DNA of 64,000 nucleotides, taken from the IMG/VR virus record IMGVR_UViG_3300028602_000003; one strand, written 5' to 3'. Shown piece after piece: positions 20,201 to 30,304 of the stretch (positions within the stretch are counted from its first letter, which is position 1; the number at the start of each line of letters is the position of its first letter). Origin of the DNA: an uncultured virus (IMG/VR IMGVR_UViG_3300028602_000003). Its lineage: Duplodnaviria; Heunggongvirae; Uroviricota; Caudoviricetes; Schitoviridae. A program made the position numbers and the translations under genes. The notes under the pieces are model-generated. The model ran no database searches. It saw only the letters and a list, made by a program, of their open reading frames with translations, and had not been told where the DNA came from.

Positions 20201-23200
20201 CTCTCGATGCTGAAATGAGCAAGCGTGAGGACGATGCGGCTATTCGTGCAGAGGAAGAGGCTGATGCAGCTTCTTTGGATCAGCGAGATAAAGCTGACCG
20301 TACTGCTGCACTAGAAGCTACCGAGGTTGTACAGGAAGAGACTGCCCCTACTACTCCTATTGTGGAAGCTACGCCATTTGATCCAGCCAGCATGACTGAT
20401 GAGGCTCTGGCTGCACGACTGGAAGAGTTGGAACTGTTGCCACCTGCTCGCTTCAATGAAGAAGCTCAAACTGAGCTGGATGGGGTTACAGCTGAGATTG
20501 CTAAGCGTGCTGAGACAGTAGAAGAAGCTGAACCAGTGGGTAAAGGTACTGAAGCTGTATTCCCTAACTTGTTTAGTGGCAACTTTGCAGCATCCTTCTC
20601 CCTACCTAAAAAGCAGGGAACTCATACCCTTGGTTCAGGGAGTCCTCTTGCTTTGGTTCAAGAGATCCTGGCTAATGGCCCTGCTTTCGTAGCAGCTGTT
20701 GGTTCTGTGGCAGGTACTTATACACAGGAAATCGCTAAAGCCTATAAAGACTACCTGGGTGCTGCTCCAGGTATGGTGGATGGTATTAAAGCCTCCTTGG
20801 CTCAGTACTTGGAAACCAAGTACAGCAAGGCTAAACCGGTCACCTATGCCGAGATTCTCGCAGGCCAAACAGTTACTGCCTCTACGGGTACTGTCATTGA
20901 CGGTAAGTACCTGGCGAGCACAGCTCGTGGACGTTTGCTGAACATTGCTCGTGAGGTAGATGGTACTTACGAGTTGGATCAGGAACTTGTAGAGGGTGCT
21001 GTGCTGGCTGGGCTCCAGTGGATGCTTGAGGCGAACAACTACGGTGCTTTGATTGATGATGAGGTAGATGCAGCCAAGGTAGCTGGTGTACCTGTTGAGG
21101 CTATCACCCCAGACATTCTTGAGCGTCTGAAGCAGGGTATGAGTGTTGTTGAAGCCAAGTCATCTTTGGCTAACAAGATCACCAATTACTGGGGTCTGCG
21201 TAACAGTGCTGATGGTTTCATCGGTATGCAGAAAGGTATTACTGAAGCCTTGGCTGCTGAGATCCTGACTAGCTTTGTCCAGAGTGGATTGCTCGTAGAG
21301 GATAAGGTTGAGATCTCTTATGTAGAGAATGACGAAGCTACCAAGAAAGACACCATTCGTTTGGTTCCCCAGTCTTTGCCTGAAGATAGCCCTATTCACT
21401 CAATGCCTTCTGCCATTGAGCATGCTGTCTTGGTTGAACCAATTGATGTGAATTACGTGGGTAGCTCTGCCAAGGTTCCTGTTGCGCAGACTCAGATGCG
21501 TAACCCGCTGGTTAGCAATACTGAGCAGCAGCTTGAGGCAATTGAGAATGAGCAGAGCACTGAATACTTCCTGCACCTACCAATGGTTGCCTTGTATAAC
21601 GCCTTTGGTAAAGAAGGGTTGATTCGTCACTTTGGTTCCGGTGGCATCAATGTCGCCAATGCCAACGTAAACCATGCCCAGACACTGGAAGGGCGTAACC
21701 GTGAGATCGTTGCTTCGTATGATCGCCTGAACCAAATGGTTCAAGAAGTACAGAATGTCTCTGAAGCAGAAGGTACTAATCTGGATAGTACCCCTACCAA
21801 GTTCGCCTTCAATATGTCGAAGGTTTCCCGTATGCAGATGCTTGGTCGGTTCAACCCACAAGCCAGCAAACTGGTACGTGAGGCGATGATGCCTACCCAA
21901 TCAACACTGGATCTGACTGACGAGAATGGTAAAGACGCTCGTGCATTTACCCTTGGTATGGCACAGGCTCTTGGTGTGAAGGTTCATAAAAAGACCTACC
22001 AAGCAATTCAGAAAGACCTTGCTGAACGTATCGAGAAGATGATGCCCTCTATTGAGGACATGGGTAACTTCTTGCTTGGCGCTGATCTACAAGACCCATT
22101 GAACCAAAAGTACGGTATCACTGAGGCTGTTAGTCAGCGTCTGGAGCAGAGCTTTAAGGCCATTGGGGAGAAGTCTTCTTACGTTGGTGTACTGGCCTTG
22201 GTTGAGTACTCTCGCTTCCTAAAAGCAAAAGAAGAAGGTACAGAAGGTAGTTTTAATACCCCTCTGTACCTTGAAGCAGACGGCATTACCAATGGCCCAA
22301 TCAACGCAATGGTTATCCTCACTGCTGGTGGTTTTACGGCTAAGTGGGTAGACATGGTAGCGAAGGGTGGCCTGTTCTTTAACATGCCCGGTATGACTGC
22401 TAACCAGCAGTATTCTGAGCGTAACGCCGATGACCTTTACCAAGAGACCACTAATGAGCTGAAGTCTCGCTTGTCTGAGCTGAAGCAGTCTTTGATTGGT
22501 GAGGGCGCTGTACTTGGTCAGCATTTCAATCAGTTTGAAACACTGATGGATTTCTTGCTGCCTGATGTATCGCTGGATGCTTCGGGCAATCTGATCATTA
22601 CTCGTGGTGCCACCAAGAATCCACTGACCATTACTGTCTATGGCTCCGGTGGGGCAGGCATTGCAGCCAAGCTTACTTCGGCTATGACTGATGCTCTTTA
22701 CGAGATCATGACTACTGCTAACGAAGCCCTCATTGCTAACCCTGATTTGACTATGGGGCAGGCTATGTTCGGTACTGATCTGTCTGTAGAAGCTGCCCAA
22801 GCTAAGTTGACTAAGTTTGGTGCTGCGCTTAACAGCCTGATCCAAACCGAGATGGTACTGACCCGTAAGGGACACAAACTGTTCCCTAAACGTACCGGTC
22901 GTAAAGGTAATTTAGACCTGAAGACCTTTACCCTAAACCCAACTGAAATCAATAACTTGCGTAGCTCTGTGAAGATTATGTTTGTCGGCCCAATGTCGGG
23001 TGCCATCTATGAAACCCTTGGTTCAGGTTTGTTCGCTAGTACCGATGTGATCCAGAAGAGTACCCAGCTTCAGTCGATCATGATGTCCCACTACTTCAAG
23101 GGTGAAGTAGAGAAAGCCATTGCAGCCCGTAAAGAAGCTGACCCTCAGTATGTGGAAAGTGACTTCCTGACTAATGCTGAGCTGGATGGTATCTACAAAG

Positions 23201-26200
23201 CGATGCTTGAGAAGTTCCCTAACGTGAAGACCCCTACTCAGGAGTATTTCATCGCCGGTGCTTCCTCGACCGAGGTTAATGCTAAGCCCTTTGGTTCAGC
23301 TGCAAACGGTAAGTTTGCTACCCCTGGTTTTGTGTATGGCCCTGCTAATGCCGGTGTATCGGGTATCCCATACATCAACATTGGTACTGGTGATGGGCAG
23401 ATGATGCAGTCCATTGCAGCTAACGAGGATTACGTTAAAGGCACCTTGAAGGTCTTTGACGGTATGAACATGCCGTTGGATAAGATTGATGAAGGTAGTG
23501 TTCAAGCTAACCAAGCAGTCTTTGATAGCTGGATGGGTAACCCCATGCAGGCATTGAATACCAGTTATGAAGCTTTCCTTGAACAAGCTGACTTCGGGAA
23601 CATGACTAAAGAAGCTATCGCTGAGGTAGTCAAAGCTATTGATCCATTTGGTGAATTGGGGATCTCTTCTGTAGACGATATTCACACCTACGCGATTAAT
23701 CTGGGTAACCGGTTTGGTCACATTTCTAAGCAGATCGAAGCACGTCATGCTGCAATTGCTGCTGTGGATGTGTCTGTTGATCAGATGGCTGCTGCTGTTA
23801 GCCCTTATCAGAATGAGGGTACTGTTGAGCTGGTTGGTGATGACAGCCTAAGCATCGAGAACCAATTGAATAAGCTGTACAGCGATAAGATGAAAGAGAT
23901 CGCTGAAGCACAGCCTAGTGCCCAGATTAGCCAAGGTGTTAAGGAAGTTGGTGATGCTCACCCTACCGGCGTAACTGTCATTAAGAGTGGGCAGTTGGCC
24001 ACGTTGGCAAGCAAGCTCAATCTGCCTAAGAACCAACAGGCAGTAATGGATGAAATCGTACATTCCCTTGCTGCGGATGGTTTCACTATCGTCATGGGTG
24101 ACCAAGAGCAGGTAGCTAATTACAACACCGAGATGGGTAAAGAAGATCACTCTGCTAACGGAATAGATGGTGCTGTTAAGGGCTACACCAATATTGGTGA
24201 GTCCACTATCTACCTACTGAATCCATCCTCTGAAACCTTGGTTCATGAGTTGATTCATGCTGCTACCTTCACTGGCGTACTTGATGTGTACAACGGTAAA
24301 GGCTCTCGCCAAGTGGGTATGGCTGTTCGCAGCATCGAAGAGATGATGATGGAGTTCTTGGATACCGACTTCGGTAACCTTGGGCTTACTCAGTCCGCTT
24401 ACCAGAACGCTGTGAATGCTATTTCAGGTAACTGGAATAAAGGCACCCCAGACGGTAAAGCTGCTGCTGTGAACGAGTTCATGGCCTGGACCTTGAGTAA
24501 CTACGCCCTTCAGCGTTTGGCTAAGCAAACCAAGGTAAGCAAAGCCATCCCCTTGGGTCGTCGTCTGATTGATGCTATCCGTGGAATGTTTGGCATCCGA
24601 ACCAAGGTAGGCACTGATGTATTCAGTAACCTGCTGTTTAACTCTGCTGTGGTGATGCATCGTCAGCCTAATAAATCCACTCGCCAAGCTGCTGCTGTTC
24701 TGTTCCAGAACAACATCTTTGGTAATAACGAGCGTGTGGCTCAGGTGGGTAAAGTCTTTGCTGAGACTGTTGGTCGGTATCTGAACACCCCTATTCAGGA
24801 TGGTGTAGCCGCCCCAAGTAATGTGGTATCTGGTGCAATCATCAATGCCGAGAACATCGCTCAAGCTACTGTAAATAGTGGCTTTAGCATGACCCCACAG
24901 GAAGTGGATACCTTTAAAAGCATCGTTGTTGCTCTTGCCACTGAGGCTCAGATTGATCCTAACGCATTGGCTGGGGCGGCTAAGTTGTACGCCCACTTTG
25001 CCAAGACCGTTGAGGTAGAGGACTTCATGGTAAATCGTGAGGGCAATGATCCTAACGACCGTGCCCAAGCTGTTAAGAAGTATGAGGCACTCTTGGGTCA
25101 GGGCTTGGTATCGGTAGACTTTAAGGGGCGCTCTTCGCTGATGCCCACCTTCTTGGCACTGGCTACTGTGAACGATGAGTTCCGCAGTGTCCTGAATAAG
25201 ATGTCCCTGCCTAAAGGAACCAAGAAAGGCGATGGTACTTTTGACACCATGCTTGAGAATGCTGGTGTGGGGGCTATGGATTCGCTGTCTGCACGTATGT
25301 CTGGTATCGCTAAAGCACCTAACGTCAAAGAGGCTATCGACAGCCTGAATGACCGTATCTCTGACTTGGTTCAACAGCGCGAAACCACCATTGACCAGAT
25401 GGCGTCTAAAGCTGGTGGTGTGATTGATCGCTCTAACGACTACGTTGTGAATGGTCTTTCTAAGCTGAGCAATGCACTTATTGAAAATGGCCGAGCTGTT
25501 GCTAACAGCTCGTCCAATAAGTACAAGAAAGGGCTGGCTCAACTGGGTACTGTTGTTGGGGGCATGATCAACGAACAAGCTGGTGAAGTAGTCTCCCGTG
25601 ATGTTATCTCGTGGGCTAACGAGAAAGGTATGTGGGAACCACTGCATACCTTGATCAACGATATCGTTGGGCGTACTACCTCCAATGCCAATATCTACGA
25701 CATGATCAAGACTGTGCGGTCTATGGTTGCTCAGACTCGTCAGCAGTTCCGTGAGCATTTGCCTGAATTGATTCAGAGCAAGTTCACTCGTGTACTGACT
25801 GAAGCTGAGTGGACCTCCCTGCATACTTCGATGGGTAAAACAGATCTAGCTGTTTTGCGTAGCAGCTTCTCTGATGCTGCTATCTTCGGCATGCTGACTG
25901 ATTCCACCAAACTACAGGCTGCTATTGCTTCCAATGAAGCAACGCTAACCCAGCTGGACAGTGCCACTTTTGCTGAGGTACAGACCAAAGCTAAGCAGTT
26001 GGCTAAGTTCATGCTGACCGGTGTGCCTGGTGTGAATCTGCTGCGTAATGCTACCGCTGTAGCTAACCTCTTTGGTTCAGCGAAGCCTGCTGGTGCAGTT
26101 GCCAAGACTGACTCTTACATCGCTAAGCTTGATCAGCTGATTACCATGTATGCCCTGGAACAGCTGAGCCAAACGGATAAGACTGTTCTGCTTGATATGG

Positions 26201-28053
26201 CCAGAAACCAAAAAGCAGGTATGTCTTTTACCCTGTCTTACTTGGTAGGGCAGCGTGCTGATGAGATGCGTAAAGCACAGACTGGTGTGGCTAAAAATAA
26301 CCACTACAAGGGCTATATCCCAAGCGAAGGTAATACTGGCGTATCGCTCATCGTCGCTGATGATCGTGAGTTCAGTAAGTTGGCTCGTAAGAGCTATAAG
26401 CGTGTGGGTAAATACACCGGTAATGGTATTGAGATTGCTAGCCCTAAGAGCTATTACCTCTCTCCTGCACAAGCTCGTTCGACCTTTGAGCAAGGCATCA
26501 TGCAGAACGTGCGTCAGAGTGCTGCTGGGGTAGACAGTGTTACTGGGTACTCGATGGCACCAACAGCTGGCCGTATTACTGATCCGGAGATGGTGAAGAA
26601 GCTGGCTTCAGTGCATAAGCGTTCGCGTAAAGCGACTGAAACCCTACTGCCAATCTTCGATGAGAACGGTGAGATCGTAGCTTTCGAGCGTAGCCTTGAT
26701 CCTGCCATGACTAAGCTGTCCGCCAATGACAGCAACCTCTCTAAGATGATTGGTGTATGGCGTGGTCGTCAGGTTGAGGAAGAGTCTTCCCAGATCTATA
26801 ACCGCACACTCATTGATAACCTGAAAGCGATGTACGACAAGGACATGGCTGCTCGCCCAGACAAACAACGCGAGTACGTGAACCTAAGTGACACTGCTTC
26901 GCTTGATCCTGTATTGCGTGACGCAGTTAATCTGTTTAATCCAGACACTCTGGCCCACATTGAGAAGGTGTTTGGGCAAGACTTCTATGTCCGTAAAGAC
27001 ATGCTGAATGACGCTCTGGGCTACCGTGCTGCATCTATTGGTGATGCCTGGACCGGTACTAGTCGCTGGTCTCCTGAGACACAAAAGAAGGTGGCTGACA
27101 TTGCTATCAGCGTGTTTGGTAATGACGCATACAAGACAATGGTGAATGCTGAGAAGACTGTTCAACAGATTGTTGCCGATGCTCGCGTACTGATCGTAGT
27201 TAAGTCAGTAGTAGTACCAGTGGCTAACCTGATGTCCAACGTCTTCCAGTTGATCGCACGAGGTGTGCCTATTAGCTCTATTGGTTCAGCTATGCCTAAG
27301 AAACTGGCTGAAGTGAATGAGTACACCAAGAGCCGTATTCGTGAGATTGAGGCTGAAGCTGAGTTGCGTGCTGCCACTGATCCTCGTGTGGTAACTCGTC
27401 TCAAGGTGGAGCTGAAAGCAATCACTGATAGCCACCGTCGTATGAGCATCTGGCCATTGATTGAAGCAGGCGAGTTCAGTGCTATCTCTGATGCTAACTT
27501 GACCCGTAGTGAGGTATTGCTGACCTCTGGTCGTCTTCAGCCGTACATTGAACAGAAGCTGAGTCTGTTGCCTAAGCCTTTGGAAACACTGGGTAAATAC
27601 GCAATGATCACTAAAGACACTGCGTTGTTCCAGGGTCTTCAGAAGACTGTTGAGTATGGTGACTTCTTGGCTAAAGCCATTCTGTTTGATGACCTGACCA
27701 AACGTCAGAAGAAGACACCTAAGCAGGCATTGGCTCGTGTTACTGAAGAGTTTGTGAACTATGACCGTCTACCGGGTCGCTTCCGTGGTTCGATGGAGAA
27801 CATCGGTATGTTGTGGTTCTACAACTTCAAGATCCGGTCCACTAAGGTTGCCTTGTCCATGATCAGGAATAACCCAGTACACGCCTTGCTGGCTACTGTG
27901 GCTCCTGCTCCTGAGTTCTTTGGCAGTGTCGGGTTGCCTACTGAGGACAACATGTTCAGTAAGCTAGCTGATGGCACACTGGACTACTCAATTGGTCCTG
28001 GTCAGGGGTTGAATAGCATCATGCTTAACCCTTGGTTGAATGTGACCCAGTAA
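17296..28053 (+). CDS. Virion-encapsidated RNA polymerase (N4 gp50-like vRNAP)
   Basis: 3585 aa; RMQM, motif A EADGITNG, motif B RGATKNPLTITVYG, motif C VFDG; no Cys seen on reading; HELIH motif downstream. Confidence 0.97.
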   Translation: MADVNDLLAQAVTPPTPAITPESFNLTDQKKASVAVNSTAKKAAMGGSELNPYQLAVSQQTGKGAENLNELDTDLRSLSSFGLIEKYGADEAARLMAQKAEGSRALRADQAVPARDPINFAADTLGAGVVGFGTTLAGLGSLGLGLVNDTAGAESAQAISNFTDFFDTTQSEKLQAAKRPLEAKNFLTERDNRIRQEEAIAEGTSPIIAGLENIGRNVIGSVDNATDDFTTLSDGVANALGSLFAIPALSRGAGAVSELAVPLSTRKGVAVAAEMEAALGSKGAATVLNQLGKLTPGRVAASIGAVEAGGSYQQIVSDIAGRSHETLMAESPMYQELIAQGMPQEEARNAVANRTGLLAAAITAPAAVATGGLVSRFEGAPLAARSAQQALRNSGRETVEEGLQGGISQLSQNLSEQQFANENQDFAEGVGRQIGEGALYGLGMSAALNGPGLAGDAATATAQFAGRKAMEAVRKRVDSINASNEAASPVATNTVLRAAQEAQANAAIDEPILRDAVEAADADDAQKADLNDYITNLMNASAFDPGEVDAALSGSVAGATNRADAIHKLASVIAGSTDDATTVKAGRAVYDLLSSYGAIINGDQGQRVSNLVPEDSEAGKILGEYNGLVQAITQTPAVLAALEAAHEAFAKSQEDTTPVTEESLATPEGIERVNTAIDVAQYAPEVGNLETNKQILYQAEQGKLQLTPKQKAALDSSVAILEAVKAADLESQRLGNPDPVSLNIRSVDGEKGKSVLQHTQGIMSAWNAGDMDSASVRLTSLGQFVQGLSNKVAALNTHFASGNPQGKGVTYSTFKDGVEVPSARGVFVQPTNQRSVDLAHSIARDAKMVGDVYNRLVTAFPNLKGKHIPVTPLDSQLDKPSSEVVAAYKKKPAVVTGAADTTETTITQTSAPTATVEPTPEAVEVPDEVSQSVEDLTDVSDAELNDRINEILDIRPSRRTPEQAATLVTLDAEMSKREDDAAIRAEEEADAASLDQRDKADRTAALEATEVVQEETAPTTPIVEATPFDPASMTDEALAARLEELELLPPARFNEEAQTELDGVTAEIAKRAETVEEAEPVGKGTEAVFPNLFSGNFAASFSLPKKQGTHTLGSGSPLALVQEILANGPAFVAAVGSVAGTYTQEIAKAYKDYLGAAPGMVDGIKASLAQYLETKYSKAKPVTYAEILAGQTVTASTGTVIDGKYLASTARGRLLNIAREVDGTYELDQELVEGAVLAGLQWMLEANNYGALIDDEVDAAKVAGVPVEAITPDILERLKQGMSVVEAKSSLANKITNYWGLRNSADGFIGMQKGITEALAAEILTSFVQSGLLVEDKVEISYVENDEATKKDTIRLVPQSLPEDSPIHSMPSAIEHAVLVEPIDVNYVGSSAKVPVAQTQMRNPLVSNTEQQLEAIENEQSTEYFLHLPMVALYNAFGKEGLIRHFGSGGINVANANVNHAQTLEGRNREIVASYDRLNQMVQEVQNVSEAEGTNLDSTPTKFAFNMSKVSRMQMLGRFNPQASKLVREAMMPTQSTLDLTDENGKDARAFTLGMAQALGVKVHKKTYQAIQKDLAERIEKMMPSIEDMGNFLLGADLQDPLNQKYGITEAVSQRLEQSFKAIGEKSSYVGVLALVEYSRFLKAKEEGTEGSFNTPLYLEADGITNGPINAMVILTAGGFTAKWVDMVAKGGLFFNMPGMTANQQYSERNADDLYQETTNELKSRLSELKQSLIGEGAVLGQHFNQFETLMDFLLPDVSLDASGNLIITRGATKNPLTITVYGSGGAGIAAKLTSAMTDALYEIMTTANEALIANPDLTMGQAMFGTDLSVEAAQAKLTKFGAALNSLIQTEMVLTRKGHKLFPKRTGRKGNLDLKTFTLNPTEINNLRSSVKIMFVGPMSGAIYETLGSGLFASTDVIQKSTQLQSIMMSHYFKGEVEKAIAARKEADPQYVESDFLTNAELDGIYKAMLEKFPNVKTPTQEYFIAGASSTEVNAKPFGSAANGKFATPGFVYGPANAGVSGIPYINIGTGDGQMMQSIAANEDYVKGTLKVFDGMNMPLDKIDEGSVQANQAVFDSWMGNPMQALNTSYEAFLEQADFGNMTKEAIAEVVKAIDPFGELGISSVDDIHTYAINLGNRFGHISKQIEARHAAIAAVDVSVDQMAAAVSPYQNEGTVELVGDDSLSIENQLNKLYSDKMKEIAEAQPSAQISQGVKEVGDAHPTGVTVIKSGQLATLASKLNLPKNQQAVMDEIVHSLAADGFTIVMGDQEQVANYNTEMGKEDHSANGIDGAVKGYTNIGESTIYLLNPSSETLVHELIHAATFTGVLDVYNGKGSRQVGMAVRSIEEMMMEFLDTDFGNLGLTQSAYQNAVNAISGNWNKGTPDGKAAAVNEFMAWTLSNYALQRLAKQTKVSKAIPLGRRLIDAIRGMFGIRTKVGTDVFSNLLFNSAVVMHRQPNKSTRQAAAVLFQNNIFGNNERVAQVGKVFAETVGRYLNTPIQDGVAAPSNVVSGAIINAENIAQATVNSGFSMTPQEVDTFKSIVVALATEAQIDPNALAGAAKLYAHFAKTVEVEDFMVNREGNDPNDRAQAVKKYEALLGQGLVSVDFKGRSSLMPTFLALATVNDEFRSVLNKMSLPKGTKKGDGTFDTMLENAGVGAMDSLSARMSGIAKAPNVKEAIDSLNDRISDLVQQRETTIDQMASKAGGVIDRSNDYVVNGLSKLSNALIENGRAVANSSSNKYKKGLAQLGTVVGGMINEQAGEVVSRDVISWANEKGMWEPLHTLINDIVGRTTSNANIYDMIKTVRSMVAQTRQQFREHLPELIQSKFTRVLTEAEWTSLHTSMGKTDLAVLRSSFSDAAIFGMLTDSTKLQAAIASNEATLTQLDSATFAEVQTKAKQLAKFMLTGVPGVNLLRNATAVANLFGSAKPAGAVAKTDSYIAKLDQLITMYALEQLSQTDKTVLLDMARNQKAGMSFTLSYLVGQRADEMRKAQTGVAKNNHYKGYIPSEGNTGVSLIVADDREFSKLARKSYKRVGKYTGNGIEIASPKSYYLSPAQARSTFEQGIMQNVRQSAAGVDSVTGYSMAPTAGRITDPEMVKKLASVHKRSRKATETLLPIFDENGEIVAFERSLDPAMTKLSANDSNLSKMIGVWRGRQVEEESSQIYNRTLIDNLKAMYDKDMAARPDKQREYVNLSDTASLDPVLRDAVNLFNPDTLAHIEKVFGQDFYVRKDMLNDALGYRAASIGDAWTGTSRWSPETQKKVADIAISVFGNDAYKTMVNAEKTVQQIVADARVLIVVKSVVVPVANLMSNVFQLIARGVPISSIGSAMPKKLAEVNEYTKSRIREIEAEAELRAATDPRVVTRLKVELKAITDSHRRMSIWPLIEAGEFSAISDANLTRSEVLLTSGRLQPYIEQKLSLLPKPLETLGKYAMITKDTALFQGLQKTVEYGDFLAKAILFDDLTKRQKKTPKQALARVTEEFVNYDRLPGRFRGSMENIGMLWFYNFKIRSTKVALSMIRNNPVHALLATVAPAPEFFGSVGLPTEDNMFSKLADGTLDYSIGPGQGLNSIMLNPWLNVTQ

Positions 28054-28055
28054 AT

Positions 28056-28084
28056 AAAAAAGCCCCCATTAAGGGGGCTTTTTG
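28056..28084. terminator. Bidirectional terminator where late and middle transcription converge
   Basis: AAAAAAGCCCCC-ATTAA-GGGGGCTTTTT. Confidence 0.85.
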
Positions 28085-28248
28085 TCATCTGGTGGTTCTA
28101 CATCATCACCACCGAACAGTAGCTTTAACGCAAGCCCAATAACGATTACCACTGCTATTGCGGGGGCTGCTGCGATAATGGCTGCTGTCATGGAACCAAT
28201 AGCAGCCAATATCAGGAACCCGCAGAGCAGGATTCCGTTTTTGCGCAT
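28069..28248 (-). CDS. 59-aa membrane protein (absent from ORF track)
   Basis: MRKNGILLCGFLILAAIGSMTAAIIAAAPAIAVVIVIGLALKLLFGG...; start overlaps stop of upstream gene. Confidence 0.6.
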   Translation of the reverse strand: MRKNGILLCGFLILAAIGSMTAAIIAAAPAIAVVIVIGLALKLLFGGDDVEPPDDKKPP

Positions 28249-28691
28249 CAGCTATTTGTTGGACGTTTGAGATTGGCAAACAGCGAACGAGGACGAGCTT
28301 CTTCAACAACCTCGGCCACCACTTGCTCAGCCTCTTCTTCTTCTACTGCTGGTGCAGGCTCACAAGCCTCTTCTGCCCCAACAGGAGCAGAAAGAACCTC
28401 TGGTTCAGGTTCAACCACAGGCTCTTCTGCGGCTGCTTGAAGCTGTGCTTGAGCTTCTGCCAGTGCGTCAGCTTCGATCTGGGCCTTGGTACGACGAGGA
28501 CGCCGCTGAGGTTTGCTACCATCCGAGGACCGGCTGTTACCTTCCTCAATTGGTTCCTCATTGATCATGACAGTAGCACCGTCTTCATTGATATCAACGC
28601 TGAACTGATTGGAGTCATCCAGGCCCAGAACATCTTTGATGTACTGCAACACAACTTGGGACAGTTCAGTTTGATTGATCGTGATTTGCAT
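28248..28691 (-). CDS. Hypothetical protein with acidic low-complexity tail
   Basis: MQITINQ start, RRTKAQIEAD basic motif, SLF near C-terminus. Confidence 0.65.
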   Translation of the reverse strand: MQITINQTELSQVVLQYIKDVLGLDDSNQFSVDINEDGATVMINEEPIEEGNSRSSDGSKPQRRPRRTKAQIEADALAEAQAQLQAAAEEPVVEPEPEVLSAPVGAEEACEPAPAVEEEEAEQVVAEVVEEARPRSLFANLKRPTNS

Positions 28692-28693
28692 GA

Positions 28694-29251
28694 TTAGTCC
28701 TTTGCGTAAAGACGCATTAAATTCTGGAATAGCGGGGTAGTTACCCCAGCATGAATGGCACCCACAGCATCTGCCGTGTGCTCATTGTCATTAATGAGCC
28801 GACCACTTTTCTCTTTCAGCCAATTAGCTTCAGGGTAGAAACCATACGCACTGTCGATCATTTCTCGCTTAGTAGCCTTCTTGTTACCAGACAGGGATTT
28901 CTTAACCTCTGACGCAGTAACCTCAATGATCTGGATACCCTGTGCTCTTAGCGAACCAAGGATGCCTATGACAATGCCGTAAGACTTCATCCCGTTAGCG
29001 CTCTGGGAACCAACAGGACACTCTACGAAGATGACCTTGCAACGCTTGGCTACTTCAAATGCTTTAGTCGCAAGGTCTTCCGCCCGTTGCAGATCATCAC
29101 TATTGGTTCTGATCTGCTTAGCCTTACCCTTTTCTGTGATAGCAATGCTAAGGGTTAAGTCATCGAGAACCCCTGTTACCAGATCCAAATTACCCTCAGC
29201 GAAACCCCAGTGGGTCAGGCTTGGGTCAAAACCAGCAACAGGAATCTTCAT
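28694..29251 (-). CDS. RuvC-like Holliday junction resolvase
   Basis: GFDPSLTHWG, IFVECP and EHTADA catalytic acidic motifs. Confidence 0.8.
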   Translation of the reverse strand: MKIPVAGFDPSLTHWGFAEGNLDLVTGVLDDLTLSIAITEKGKAKQIRTNSDDLQRAEDLATKAFEVAKRCKVIFVECPVGSQSANGMKSYGIVIGILGSLRAQGIQIIEVTASEVKKSLSGNKKATKREMIDSAYGFYPEANWLKEKSGRLINDNEHTADAVGAIHAGVTTPLFQNLMRLYAKD

Positions 29252-29254
29252 GGC

Positions 29255-30004
29255 TTACTTCTTAGAGAAGAGGCTTTTACGCTCGGTAGGGGCACTGGCA
29301 GCAGCACCTGCTTTAGGTGGAGTACCAACCTTGCCTGCTTGACCATCTTTGATCTTGCGGACATCACGGTCTTTGCCCTTGTTGATTTCCAGCCACTTGT
29401 CCCAGAACTTGGCTTCGTCAGCACCAGCACGGGCTTCAACAACAGTCAGCTTGGTCTCGGTATGGAAGACCTTGTTGATGACGTTACGCTCAACGACTTC
29501 AGCAGTAGGGACGTATTCGTCACCTTGCTTCTCGTTCTTGTTTTGCAGCTCACGCAGGATGCCCAGCGAGATTTCACCACCGATCAAATCGGTGAGCATA
29601 TCAACAGCCTTTGGCTGTTCTTTTTTGGCATCGAAGTCATAGACGTTAATGACTTTTTCTTCGGTGTCTTGCTCAGCCAATGGCTTGTTGGTGACCATCA
29701 AGCAGATGTCATCAATGATGGTAAAACCAGGCAGCGGTACTTTTTTGGTCTTGTCGTCCTTGTTCAGGAAGAAGTTCTCACCTTTTTTATTGGTGATGTA
29801 GACCGTTTCCTTGTACTCGACACCACCAGGAAGCAGAACGATCAGGCTGACGTTGTGAGCACCCCCGGAAGATTGACCGGCATAGGCCGCTTTGATCTTG
29901 CCGGTGTAGATGTCTGATTCAACAGCTTTGAACCCACCACCACCAGCACGGTCTTGGGATTCTTCAAGGCCATTGTTGTTCAGATTAGCGAATAGCTTAC
30001 TCAT
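29255..30004 (-). CDS. Single-stranded DNA-binding protein (N4 gp45-like)
   Basis: Synteny; KVPLPGF motif; C-terminal KSLF tail. Confidence 0.85.
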   Translation of the reverse strand: MSKLFANLNNNGLEESQDRAGGGGFKAVESDIYTGKIKAAYAGQSSGGAHNVSLIVLLPGGVEYKETVYITNKKGENFFLNKDDKTKKVPLPGFTIIDDICLMVTNKPLAEQDTEEKVINVYDFDAKKEQPKAVDMLTDLIGGEISLGILRELQNKNEKQGDEYVPTAEVVERNVINKVFHTETKLTVVEARAGADEAKFWDKWLEINKGKDRDVRKIKDGQAGKVGTPPKAGAAASAPTERKSLFSKK

Positions 30005-30050
30005 GGTTTTCTCTCTTTCATTAAGTGGGGGTATGGCACGCTACGTTGGC

Positions 30051-30304
30051 TTACTTGCCGTTGTAGTATTCATGCAGGTGGTCGAGTAACAACTGAGCGT
30101 CGTTATCCATATACGTCTGATCACGAGTAAACATGCCCATAGGGGAACGAATACGCTCACCTGTGGTTGTCTTAGTGGGACGGGTCTGGAACACGTGTTT
30201 ATAGCCCAGCTCGCGGTCTTCTTCAGTAATGTTCAGGAGGTTTGAAGAGTACTTCTCCAACTCCTTAATGCTTACTTTCTTAGCCGCCACAACGGTAGTG
30301 AAAT
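30051..30304 (-). CDS. gp44-like AAA ATPase (Sak4-like), exon 2
   Basis: Joined to exon 1 gives GVEA-Y-FTTVVAAKK; spliced CDS 753 nt, 250 aa. Confidence 0.85.

Noticed and set aside
24424..25824. 466-aa antisense ORF inside vRNAP
   Set aside because: Lies wholly opposite an essential gene and has no protein-like features.
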